DNA of 64,000 nucleotides from Geosiphon pyriformis uo1 (taxonomy: Eukaryota; Fungi; Glomeromycota): assembly GCA_016748015.1 (NCBI GenBank), contig JAAOMT010000128.1, positions 1,495,538 through 1,559,537 on the forward strand, in the 5' to 3' direction. How positions within the stretch are numbered: position 1 is the stretch's first letter; each line of letters starts with the position of its first letter. The translations under genes and the position numbers were made by a program. Of this stretch, positions 37,036 through 50,229 are shown piece by piece. The notes beneath the pieces are model-generated. The model saw nothing but the letters and a program-made list of their open reading frames with translations. It was not told the DNA's origin and did no database searches.

Positions 37036-39060
37036 TTAATTTCGGAAATCCCATATTCTAACTTCCATATCTTCCCCCGCTGTGATAATCTTTGTATCAC
37101 TCAAGGCAACACAATAAACAGCTCCAATATGGCCCTTGAGAGTATGTAAACATTTTCCAGTATCCAAATCCCACACCTTAACAGTCTTATCTTCTGAACC
37201 GCTGACCATTCGTAGTTTATCAAATGCTAACGTCCATACCCCTTCAGCATGACCGAATAAGGTACCCAGACAGCGATTTGTTTTGGTAGACCATATTTTG
37301 ATGGTATTGTCGAGTGAAGCAGATACCAGGACTGGTAAAGCATGACCAGGATGATGATCAACTTCGCGATCATAATCAATCCAATCTTCCGTAGATTCAT
37401 TGGCTTTTTTAATAATCCCAGCAAAAAGAGAAGGGGATGCGGGTTGAATAAATTGAATTTGATCTACATGGCCTTCAAGTTTGCTAATACAGCTTCTAGT
37501 TTTCAAATTCCAAATACGAATCGTTTTGTCATCGGAAGACGAAAAGAGAATATTTTTTTCGTAAATTACCACACGATTGATCGTGTCTCGATGTCCAGTC
37601 AAAGTAAAGCATTGGGCTGTTTGAGTATTCCAAACTTTGATAATAGCGTTAACCGAGCCACTCGCAAGAATATGTTGATCGAATTGTAAACAATTAACAG
37701 CATCAGTGTGTCCTTCAAGAATTCGAATAGATTGACCAGTGTGATAGTTCCATATTCTCAGCGTCCGATCCAACGAACACGTGATAAGTTTAGCTTCATC
37801 AAACTGCAAGGCACGGACACCTCGACGGTGTCCCTTAAGAATACGGATCATTTCACCCGTCTCTATGTTCCAAACCCGGACAGTGGCGTCATGAGATCCA
37901 GTAATTAGTGTGTTGCTATCGTCGTCAAATTGAAGACATGCAATATAATCGGTATGTCCTCTTAATGTGTGACATTTAAAGCGACCCTTACGCCAGTTGC
38001 GCTCAACTACAAGGCGTTCAGAGTATACGTCTTTCCAGGGGCGAGTTCGTTTAGTTAAAACTATATTATTTTGGTTTGCTAGTGAAGGAAACAGTGGTAC
38101 CGATTTTTTTTCAGATATACAAAGACGTTTTGTTTCTCGTTCTTCATGATATGAAACATGTCCTGGCGAATTAGGTGATGATGAATCTGGTGATGATGAG
38201 GATGAATATGAAGGGGATGGTGAAGATGATAGAGAAATATTGTGATGGAGTTGGGAAAACCTATCCTCTGTGCATGGGTCTATAGCACAAGAGCTATTCC
38301 CTGTAGATGGTGAAATCACACCATTTAAAGATGAATGTGGTGAAAATTTACGCCCTCCCTTTCTTTTTCGGTCCAAAAGTGGAAGACCCCAACCACATTT
38401 CGTGCATTTTTTATCAATATGTTGCTCACACATCTTATGCCAAACTACATCGTCATCAGCCATAAATTTCCAGGTTTTGGAAACCTGAGCAACACGACAT
38501 AATGATTTAGCATCAAGAAATGAAAGTACATGGAAAGAAAGTTCGTTGGGAAGTGAATTTAGAAAATCAATTCGAATCAAATCATCAAGGCTGTTCGAGA
38601 GAAACGATAGTTGAGATGAGCAACATTCATTTAGAAGGCCTTGTAATATTATACGACGATTTTTTGCAGGTGCGGCTGAAAAAAGTGACCAAATATGCGT
38701 AATGTTGCTTTGATCTTGTTTCGATAGATTTTCCAATTGCTTTTAAATAAAGAATTTTTTGAGAAAAATCCTGTTTTAAATTATTCAAAATATATTTATT
38801 CAATTGGAGTTTAATCCTACCTTTTGAAGCTCTTTTTTTTTAGGTTCTATACCAGTCGATTGATTTTTTTGATTTGGCCTATGTTGATAACAAAATTTTT
38901 TGGTAGAAACGTTGCCAGTAGAAGGTAGTAACATATTTCTGAATGAAGGGAGAAGGGTTTTTGTGGAATCTTTTGAAGATGCTTCTTTAGAGAGTTGTTC
39001 TAAATTCATAATTGAATTAATGTCAGGTACAAATTTGGTACCTTGAGGTAAATAAGACAT
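37036..39060 (-). CDS. MET30: F-box/WD40 protein, Met30/SconB/Pof1 orthologue (SCF substrate receptor, sulfur metabolism), 647 aa. Exons 38821-39060 and 37036-38739
   Basis: KFCYQHRP, ITHIWSLFSAAP, F-box LPNELSFHVLSFLDAKSLC, QHIDKKCTKCGWGLPLL, RPWKDVYSERLVVERNWRKGR, seven WD40 repeats; GTAGGA...AAG intron in phase 0. Confidence 0.93.
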
Positions 39061-39752
39061 TTGATAGAAAAGCCTTTAAAAAATAGGACTCTGGCCAAAA
39101 ATATGTAAATATATAAAGGGGATAGATTGTTACAAAGAGGTAGTGGTGGCTGAAAAGGGCTTTCTTAATTTGGAGGTAAACAATCTTGTTTTCTTTTTTT
39201 AATCACGAGTTCTATGATGAACTTATTGTTCAGAATGTCGTGATAAGGAATGATTTATTTATTAGGGAAAGGTTTTTAAACACGGATGTTCTCTGAATAT
39301 TCTACTGGTATTTTAAATTCATAAAATTGGATGTTATACAACATTTGTTATATAATGAGGGGATGAAAAACAAAGCTGGAAATTCTTCTCAAAAATTGCA
39401 TCATTATTTTCTATACCTTTTTTGATTTCAATTTTTTTGAGAGCAAATAAATTTCCGTAATAAATTAACTAAATGATGAAAAATTAGGCATTAATTCGAA
39501 CGAATAATTTTTTCCAAAACTAAAAGTTTAATTTTTGGGCGTATCAAATGTCATGAGCCTGAAATTTTTCATACATGAGAAAAAATTTTCATACCTTTTT
39601 AACTTTGAATCACCCGAAAACTTCTTAAATTGGTATTCTAATCTTGTGAATATACATCGTGAGAATTTTTACCCTGCAGTGCAAAATCTTTTTGATACCA
39701 GGAAACATTGATTCTTTTACCCTATTCAGAAAACGAGAGTGGGGCATTATGT

Positions 39753-39798
39753 TCTCAAAATTTCTTTCTCTCAAAATTTCTTTCTCTCATAATTTCTT
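39753..39798. repeat. 16-bp tandem repeat (about 3 copies of TCTCAAAATTTCTTTC) upstream of MET30
   Basis: Read directly. Confidence 0.8.
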
Positions 39799-40537
39799 AG
39801 CCCATTATTGACACCGAAATTGTGTTTTTTAATTGTTCCTCTCTGGGAAAACTTGATTTTAACTTTATTTTGGTTTTTTTCTCAAATTAAAAAAGTTGAT
39901 ATAGTAAAGTCCACAAATATCGTTTTTATTTTTATTATAGAGTTTTGCTCATTTGAAGCAATGTCAATTAGCTAATTTATTTCTTTAACTAATTTCTAAA
40001 TGAGTGCGAGAAAAAGGTTTAAAATGACTAGCAAGCAACCTTAAAACTTGAACAATTAAGTTAATTCAAGAGGCCTGTGTCCATAACGCCATTTTTTGTG
40101 CGTTTGATGAGTTATGCAGTTTGAATATCATTGTTATCTTGCGAAATGAGAATTTTTTACAAAATCTCAAGTATGATGTCATAATTTTTGCTTCCAAAGT
40201 GAACATTTTGACATTAATCAAGAATCCACCCGTTGTACATGCTAGAACTATTATAAGCCCCACTTTCAGTTGTCTAGTCAATTGCTAGTGGCTGCCAATT
40301 TTTTAAGACCACTCGCCAAGACTCAAGTCCCCCTCCCTATCGACCCTCTAAATGACGCTGATATCCTATATTTAAATCTAGAATTATGGTCCGAGGCTTC
40401 AGCTATAGATCTCGAGGGCATAACCCATCAGGTGATTAAATCACCAAAATCATAACAGACCACGGCTTTTGTTCCTCTTGTTGACATTGACCAAACGCGT
40501 TACCCAGAAGCTACCTTATATAAAGTTCCCAATGGTG

Positions 40538-40961
40538 GTAAGTCTTCACATCAATTATAATAAATACTCTGATGTGTAAAATATTGGGAGCTATAATACT
40601 AAATACTCTAATTTCGTAGAATATTGGGAACAATTGGGGAACACAGAAATGTGGACCCCAAAAGCGACTCTGTTTTGCCAACTCTCGCCATGATTGAAGG
40701 TAAGCAAAGACTGGACTCCTTTTGTCGGCCAAAAACACCCTACTAACCTTCGGACTTTCGGTTAAGCCCTCACTTCTTATTTCGATAAATACAGTGTTGA
40801 CAGCTGGACCTACAAAAACTTTGTCAACTACGCGTCGATCCTGTGAAAATCTGGAACAACTACTACGTAAAGCGTTTAGACACTATTTTGCGCGAAGACG
40901 GCCTGGGGAAGTGACAGAATTGGATGCCAACATTTTCGAAAAGTCGTTTACGGAAATATAA
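40538..40961 (+). other. Candidate spliced micro-ORF or young pseudogene divergent from MET30
   Basis: Introns GTAAGT..CTAAT..TAG (40538-40619) and GTAAGC..TACTAAC..AAG (40700-40766); GCCATG at 40690 gives MIEALTSYFDKYSVDSWTYKNFVNYASIL*. Confidence 0.4.
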
Positions 40962-42449
40962 CTAGATGAGAGTACACATTTAAAGAATCGCACTTTTTAC
41001 ACGTGAGTAGCCACTAAGCCAATCAAAGCAATCTAAACTAGATCTATCATTACTCTATGTCCACGCAACCATGCCCGTCATTTAGACGGAGGCTGTTGAT
41101 GGAAGTGTGAAAGGAGACTATTACAATCGCCTGCCGGCTGATTTGATATTTAGTCGGTTAGTTCGGCGGAGGTGCGTGCGGAAGACTCACGCCTGTCATT
41201 TAGACAGTGAACTTCCCTGCGCGCAAAGGTAGGCCATCATTGCAAGAAGGTTCTTCTTGACTTGTAAGTTTGCTGTTAATATCTATCAGTTACATCACAA
41301 AAAAAATAAATAAATAAGCTCAAATTTATCTTAATGACAATTGAAATCAAACTTTTTTTACAAATAAAATAGTCTTTTAACTTTTTTAAAATATAATAAA
41401 ATGTTGATATAAGAATTTATAACCAATTTATTACATTTCAAAAAATTATACAAAAATTAATACATAAAATGAATTTTGGATAAAAAATAAAATTAACTTA
41501 ATTGCTTTTAAGAAATAATAAATGCTAAATTTATGCTAAAATTCTTTATTATCATTTTTTAAAAATTAAAAATATGCTTAGTAAGTGATAATAATAATTA
41601 TAACAAGATAATAATTTAAAATATACTTACTTGGATTATTTTCAAAGAAAATGTTTTTAAAGTTTTAATTTGGTTATCTTAAGAAATATATAATAAATAA
41701 ATAAAATAAAATTTTCATATTACATTTTATTAGTTTAATAAATTTAATAAGATAAATTAATTGTAAAAGAATACTATATTGATTTTTAATCAATAAAATA
41801 TATAATATAAACTTGTTAATAATATTAATTTAATACAGTTGTTTATTTATAATTATGTAATTTCAAAGAGCAGTTTTTTTTGTTTTATATTATACATAAG
41901 TATATAGATTATTTTAATATTTAAAAAAGCAAAAAGATTGTAAAATATTATTTAAAGTAAAAAAAAGTAAATTTTATAAAATAATATTAAATCTTATTAA
42001 ACACAAAAAATGCAATCAACAAAAAACCAAAACTATATTATCAAAGTTAAAACCAGAATTTTTTTAATTAATTATTATAAATATATAATATTTCAAATTT
42101 AAAAAAAAAAAATTATTTAAAAATTTTATAAAATAAAACATAATTAAAATAATTTATTATTTATTAATTTAAAAACTATAATAATAAAAATTTTTTTTAT
42201 ACAAAATTAAATAATAAACCAATTATTTTTAGTTAAAAAAAACATAACATAAAATTTTAATAATATATGTTTTTAAAAAAATATAAATAATAATAAAAAC
42301 TTAAAATATAAATAATTATAAAAAAAATATAGTTTAAAATATTAATAATAAATATTTAAAATATATAAAAAAATAATATATATAAAAAATTAACTATTTA
42401 TTATAAAATTATATTAAAAAATTAATTTAAATATATTTAATTTAAATTT

Positions 42450-42680
42450 TGGCATTGCCAATGCTTTTAGTGTTCATTTTGGCTTTTGCAAACCTTGTTT
42501 GTTTTTCTTAGGTGTAGGTGACTCAGTTTCAGTTCACATAGCTGCGTAGTATTGTTCTGATTGGCCTGAGTGGCTGGTCACGTGTAGAAAGTGCATGATT
42601 TACACCTAGTTTAGATCATTTCTTTGATATATAGCACTAGGTAGTGTTTGGACCTTACTCATAAAGCAATAAAAAAAAAA
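42450..42680 (+). mobile_element. 231-bp 5'-truncated LINE (ORF2 tail, 3'UTR, poly-A) with 11-bp TSD
   Basis: AATTTAAATTT at 42439-42449 and 42681-42691. Confidence 0.92.
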
Positions 42681-43421
42681 AATTTAAATTTACCAATTAA
42701 ATAATTTTTAAAATTAATTGTATAAAAATGGTTTATAAAAAATATTTTATTAAAAGTAATTTTATAATTTCAAATATTTTATATTTAATATAAATTAAAA
42801 AAAATTCAATTTATGTATTTTTGTGTAAAAAAACTCTGTTAAAAAAAATTTAATCTTGTATAATTGTTTTAAGTTTTAAAAAATATTTTTAATGTATTTA
42901 TAAATATGTTAAACACTTTATAATATATAGTTAAAATATATATATTATTTTAATTAAAAAATTTGCTTCTTTAAAAAATATTAAAATAGTATTATTAAAA
43001 AATATTAATTTTGTTTGTTTTATTTTAATAAGTTATAAAATTTATATTTATTTATTAAATTCTAAATTAAAAACCAAATATAAAAAAAAATTAATTATAT
43101 ATATGTATTTTTTTAAATTATTTGTTTTAATATAGTTTTAATCAATTTAAATAATTGATTATATATAGCAAATATATAAGTTATGCTTATTTTAAAAGTT
43201 TATTTGTGTTTTATTAATAAGTTATATATTTATTATTATAATAATAAAAATACTAAACAAAAAAACTTTATAAATATTAAAATAATATATTTTATTAATA
43301 TAAAAAATTATTAAATTAACTGATTTTTTTTGCAAAATTAATTTATTTACAATACATAATATTATTTATATTCAATTATATATAAGAATATATTAACAAA
43401 TATTATAATTAAAAAAAAAGC

Positions 43422-46400
43422 TTTTTTTATTTTTTATTAATGCTTAACGAACAAAGTTTAAACACTACTTAGAACTATACATCAAAGAAATAATCTAAAC
43501 TAAGCATGAATTATGCACTTACTACACATGACCAGCCACTTAAATTAATCAGGACAACACTATGCAATTATATTAACCGAAACCAAGGTACCAATACCTG
43601 AAAAAAACAAACAAGGTTTGCAAAAGCCAAACTGGACATCAAAAGTCTCAGAAATCCCAAGCAATTTAACCAAACCAGCCGAAAACTTTAAAGCTGAGCC
43701 AGAAACTGAGACAGGAGCTGAACCATCTATTGAGATCAGCCCATGTTTTTCCATAAAGGCACGATGCTTAGCATGAATTAACCAAATGTCATCTCTAAAA
43801 GCAAGACAAAGAGAGTGCACAAACTCAGCAACTTTAATCCTAGCAACTTTGGGATCATGGAAGACAGAAACAGCCTCCGAGAACCACTCATTGAAAACAA
43901 AACCCTTGAAAAGAGCTAAGAACACTGAAAAATCTGAAGCACAGGCTGACAACAGCTGCAAAACACTTGAAAGAAAAAGAGAATGACCAGAAAGTTCCTT
44001 CCAAGAGGACACACAAAACTCCAAAATCTTGTGATGAGCAGAAATATCAATTGTGCAAGAAAACACATGATCAAACATCTTTATCTCCTTACAATACAAG
44101 CATAGAACATTGAGATAACATTTGTCATAGAGACATTTTCAAACAGCTATGAGAAGCTGACGGTGCAAAGCCTTCATAAAGTAGGTATGAGTATCAGCAG
44201 TGCATCTGCTGGTAAAACCTGCAGCCATATGTAAATCAGAGTGCCATACCTGGGAAGAGCTGAACCAATCAACATCTGAAAGCAAACCACCTGCCAGAAA
44301 ACCAGAACTAGAACCAACTTCCTAATACACACAACAGACAGCATGAAACACATCCTAAACAAAATGCCTAGAATTACCAGAAACTGTATCATCATCGGCC
44401 ACCAAAAAATGTTCACCAACATGAAGAGAAAGAAACCATCCAAAGAAAGAAGCAGTATCAGTAAGACTGTTAGCACAGTTATTTCTCAAAATCCCAAAGT
44501 GGCTCTTGACCTTGCACCAGGTGATCTCTAAGTTTTTGCTGCAAATAATATTACTGATATGCCAATGCTTGACCCAACACTGATTGCAAAAGTCAGGATG
44601 CATCAGATTTAGCTCTGATTTACAAGCATCCAAAGCAGCCTGATTATCTGAAAACAAGCAAACAGAGTGAGACATGAGTATACACTTTAGAGCTAAGGTG
44701 ATAGTCTGCAACTCTGCTAAAGTAGATAATACCAAACTGCGAACACTGACACCTAAACCTAAATTAATGTTCTCAAAAAAGGCAGCAGCACCAGCCCAAC
44801 AACCAATTGTGCCCAAATTCTTAAGAGAACCATCTGTATAAACAGACAGACTATCAGAGCCAACCTGAAAAAGATGATCGCAGACAGACACAAAATCACT
44901 GGACCCACAAATGTTTAAAAGGCCAACACTATCCAAAGCTGGAAAAGAGGGAAGTGGACTAACAAGAAACGCAACAGAGAGCTTAAACCAATCAGAGACC
45001 AGCCCATAAGAGTCCAGTTTCTTCCACCACTTAAAGTACACCAGTTAAAAACATCACCATGATAATCACAAAGCTGATTCACAAAGACAATGCCATAATG
45101 CCAAAGAGAAAACAAAAACTTGAAAAACAAAGACTTGTTCAGAATAGTAGACATAGACACCCCATCACGAAATCAAAAAGAGCTGGCCAAAGAGCCACTC
45201 AAAGACAAATTGCAGTCACAAAAAATGTGAACCATACCTAACAAAAAATTATTGGAAGCACTGACATGAATACAAGCAGGAGAACTTAATAGATGGAGGG
45301 AGTGCCAATATAGAACTTGTAAGTCATGAGACTTGTGGCTGAACAAAAGACCTAGAATCCCACCAGAGTTCACAAAGCTGATAAGTGAAGCAATCTTACT
45401 CTCAGACTAACATTGTAAAAAGGACTTCAAACCATAAAAAAAAGGATGATGAATTGTATCACCAGAGAAATCAAGCAGGAGACCAGATTTTAGCTTTAAG
45501 TTTTTGCAAATTAAAGCATCTCACTTGTTGCAAACACTAATAGAAACAAAGCTAAACTGTGTTTTGTAGCTAACTATAGGATAGAGAACCACTAAAACCA
45601 GATACAAGAACTGCTTACCTAACACAGCCTTTTTCAGAACCAAATTAGTGAAGAAGTGAACATTCAAATGTGCTTTAGTCAAACTAGGCTTAAAAAGACT
45701 CTTAGTTGACAAAAAAATACCAACATACTGATGAGATTCTCCTTTACGGGTTACAGAAATAGGCAAACCACTGATAAAAAGAAATGGGTGGCTGACTCTG
45801 CTATTGATGAAAATGGCCACAGTTTTGTCATTAATAATTGAAATGTCATTAATCTAAAAAAATTCACTAGCAACATTAAGAATGTATTGGATAGCATTCT
45901 GACTGCTGCCAACCCAAATTGTATTGTCAACAAAGGCATCAGCAACAAGGAAAGAAAAAAATCCAGCCCAAGATTTAGCACAACCACTTCTGGAAATAAA
46001 GTGAGAATTGATTCTGTATCTACACATACTCTCTTGATGTTTAACTTCACACAACAGAAGATCATAAAATATACACCACAAAAGGAGGAATAAAATTTTT
46101 TCTTGGTTCAGTCTATCATGTATATTATAACCATCCATCAAACCAAAATCTGTTATAACTCAGTTAGTATGATCTCTATAAATACTACCAAAAAATTGAA
46201 TAAATCTGTTACACATCTTAATCCTGACTAAACTTTTCTCAAGATGTTTTCAGCCCACCAAATCATATGTCTTCCACATGTCCTACAGAACTAGCCAGAG
46301 CTTCCGGTTTTTCTTCAAAGCATCTTCAATGACTGACCCAATTGCAAAAATTGGAAACTGAGTTGTTGTGCCCTTTAAGACTGGAAAATTATTACTGTAA

Positions 46401-49400
46401 AGAACATTAAAAGTATTACAAGCTAAAAAGATCCTATTAGAGAGAATCTTGGAAAAAACCTTGCAAGCTGTCTTAATTAAAGCAATGGGGTGAGTATTTG
46501 TTAGAACACTCTCCCACTCATAAAGTTTGGAAATCATTAAGATCCAAGCCTCTTTCCAAGAACTGGGCACAAATCCACCAACCAAACATGAATTCAAAAG
46601 TACCAAAAATATGTTTAGAACAGATTTATCGCAATGCTTTCAAAGTTCATTTGAGATATCCAAGAGACCAGCAGCTTTGCCATTAGGCAGATTAGATACC
46701 ACCCCAAAAAATTCATCAATTTCAATTGAACACATTACACCAGAAAAAGCTCCATCAAAAACATATTCCAAAGGCTGATACTGACAATGCCACTTACTAA
46801 AAACATCAGGGACTGTCCAATGTTTTCAAGTCTAACTTTCTATAATTGCATCCACCTTAGACTTAACCAAACCAAGCTTTAGAACCAGCTTATCATTGAC
46901 AACCAGATGGTTAAGCACTATTTTGCAAAAAAGACACTCCAATACACTTCTGATAGTATGACCCTTATTTGTTTTAAAGCTCTCCATTCTCTTATCTATG
47001 ACAGATCTGATGTTTGCTTTCTTGGCTCTTAGAGATTCTGCATATTTTAACACACAATAAGATTTTCTGATAATACAGAGAGCTAAATAAACACAATCAA
47101 AAATCACACCAGAGTCCATTAAATCCTGAATAACCGAAGCCTTAGCACTGTCCAAAGAACACCAACACTTTATAAGAGAAACAAAATCGTCAACATCAGC
47201 TCCCTAAAAAGCCCTAACAATCTTTGAAACCAAAAGTTTTAATCTATGAAACTTCGAAGATTCTTTGGTAAAGATGTGACCAGAGTTTTTAAACCATTTC
47301 TTTTTGAATATTTCATTAGCTGATAACATAACAAACTTGCGAATAGTATTCCACATCACATCCAAATCTGAGAATTGCTTGGAAGCAATAAAATTATCAG
47401 AGAACATGGCAGTATTAGCTGCTGAAGCATCCTTAAATCTGGTCCACATAGGAACATCAGCACCCTTAAAATTAAACTTCTAACAATCTTTATTTGCTTG
47501 CTTGCAAAAAGAATTCAACTGTACATCCAATAAGCCACTCAAACCCATGGACACAAAAACAGCTTAATGATCAGTGTCAAAATGTTCACTAACATCCAAA
47601 ACACCACAATATACAATTGCATTGGCCAAACTTGAAGAAACAAACATGTAATTAATTGTTTTTGAGACACTCTGAAAATTGCTTCATGTTGGTACTCTCA
47701 CAAATGAGCTTTCACTCAAAGAATTGACCAGACCAAAATCAGAGCATTTCTTGAAACTAGCACATTTGTGAGATCTATCTTCATTGAAATCACCACCCAA
47801 GACGACAAAAGAAGACTCATTTACAGCTTTCACAATCAAAAAGTTGACTTCACCTGCTTGAGCAAAATGGACAGCCAGGAAAGCACCAGCATAAAGCCCC
47901 AAAATTAACACTGACAGCTTATTTTTAAAAAGCAACTTGATAGAAAAGAGCCGATCAGACACCTCAGGAATTTTATACACATGACAAACCAGAAAAATGT
48001 TCATAATTATGGCCATTCTAGTATCAAGAAAACCTACATCCAAACCAAAAGTAAAAACCCGAATATCATCAAACTTATTCTTAATCCATGGTCTACAGCT
48101 AGATCTTAATTTCATTTCTGTAACAATTGAGACCAAATTCCCTGATTCCTTATGCCAATGAACAATGTCTTCCTGCTTAGCAGGGACATTAATATCTTGA
48201 ACATTGCACATAGTAATTTTCCAAACCAAATCCATCATTGAAAAGAATGAATATCAAGAACCAAACCAGCATTGTTTATTTTAGCTGAAAGGCTCATAAC
48301 TGTGATCAAAAGATTGTTCAATGTTTCCTCCATTTTTGATATAACTGCAGGATCAAAAACTACTACTTCTGTAACAGCCTCACTACCAGTGACCACACCC
48401 GAACTTTTACTCATCACTATATCCGCCCCTTAATTCTGTAACAAAGGTGTCACCAATGATTGACATCCAGGGCTAAGCTAGAAAACTGTTAACCCAGGTG
48501 CTTCCAACCTCTTAGTCAGCTTATCCATGTGCTCTGCAAGACTGACGAGACTGCACTCAAGAGTGGCAAAACCTATCATTTAACACCAAAAACACATGTG
48601 AGGTAGGTTTCATTTTTGAGAAGGAGCCATTATTCAACAAAACATTCTGAACAAGGAGAGAAGGAAAGAAAGGCCCAACAACAATCTTGGCCCATGAAAC
48701 ACCACCAAAGGAGACAGAACAAGAAACTGGCACTGAACATTTGACGTAAATGGCTGCCAGTTTGCTTTTATCTGCATCTAAGAAAACCCAACATAATAAG
48801 CTACAAGAAGAAATCTTCTCACCAGAAACACAGTTCAGAGAAGTGTGACCCATCTTATTACACTTTGCATATACAACAGAACTAAGATAAGACCAATGAA
48901 GATAAGCACCCCTTAACACAGGAGTGGTACCCATGACAGTATTCAATGATTCAGCTGATCCAAAACAAATAATGGCACACCTGGCTTAAGCATATATGAC
49001 TGGATGATGATTAATCACACAAGTTTTCCCACCTATAAAGCCAATATAATCCCAGATATCATGAGCATTGGTTCTTACAGAAAGAGTATAAAGCAGTGTT
49101 TTATGCAGATCCCTAAAGTTCCATGTTTGTTTATCAAGATTGGCTCTGGCCACATGAATAGCATTTTTTCCAATAAGGATGGACCATCTAGAAGCCAAAA
49201 GATCAGCCTGATTCTGATCTTCAAATTTGATGATCACTTTTTGTCATAGGCCCACTAGTTGTATCTTGACTGATTTAATTATCCCAAATTTGAAAAGCAC
49301 AATGCACACAGTCTCAACTGACATTCCAACAGAAATTTCTTTTACCACCACAGTCTGATCTGAATGCCCAGATGATTTTTTAAGATCAGTGTTCACTAGG

Positions 49401-50185
49401 ATCTTCACATCAGTAGCCAACTTGGTAGCTTTTACTAAACTCAATTTGGAAATAAACATCACTCTGACAATACCAGCAAATTTTGAGGGAGTAGAGACTT
49501 CCCCAAAACCATTGATTTTTGAAAATAGTTTCTTGATTACCACAAGCTTTTCCTGGGTGGATTTCCCAACAACATTGTTGAAGCTGATGTCCAGAACGAA
49601 AGATTTTCTAATAGAAACATTGATCAAATTTTTCAAAGAGGGGGGGAGAACCACAGGTTTGTCCAAGAGAATGTCATTATTATTATTATTATCACCCAAA
49701 AAATCAATCTTCCCCAATGGTTTGCAAAACACTCTCTTAGTTTGAATCTTTGAGCTCTTAGGAGTTTGTTCTAAGTCTCTATCAACAATAATACCACCTT
49801 CACCAAAATCAAAGTTGGTTTCCTCAACTAAACATTTCTTTTCCATATTCACACTATCAGATTCAGTAGTATTACTAGTTTCAGAACCCCAAGAATGACC
49901 ACTTGACACCTTAGTAGCAGCAAATTTTCTATTATCAATATTATCTTCCAAAACAACACTTCTTCTCTTCTTTCTGGACTCAGCAGACTTAACACCAATG
50001 TTAAAGCTAGGCTCCATAATAGACTTGTTCAGAACTGCAATATTAGGGCCAACAGTGGCCTCATAATCAAGCACAAATGGTTTGGAAGTAGTGTACTGAA
50101 TGATGAAAACAGAAAAAACTTCAAAAAAATATTTTGGCTCTTTTTTGGAAATTTGAGATGAATGAAAGAAAAAAGTTTTTTAATT
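43422..50185 (-). mobile_element. Full-length LINE, inactivated (ORF1 ~48235-50074, ORF2 43560-48238)
   Basis: TMCNVQ, LGGDFN, AFVDNTIW, VYTDGS..LAELQ, CCHC; poly-T and reversed 3'UTR at left. Possible TSD AATATTATAATTAAAA (43399-43414 and 50188-50203) is not flush with the ends. Confidence 0.93.
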
Positions 50186-50229
50186 CTAATATTATAATTA
50201 AAATAATTATTCTTTTGTTTGATTCTCTA

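Noticed and set aside
41112-41158. GAGACTA...GATATTTAGTC resembling group I intron R/S (P7) motifs
   Set aside because: Only ~30 nt separate the motifs and no P/Q elements or P4-P6 domain are recognisable.
40730-41240. Possible telomerase or RNase P/MRP RNA
   Set aside because: CCCTACTAACC is not a TTAGGG template and is better explained as a branch point; the minus-strand GGGAAGTTC lacks a matching CR-V partner.
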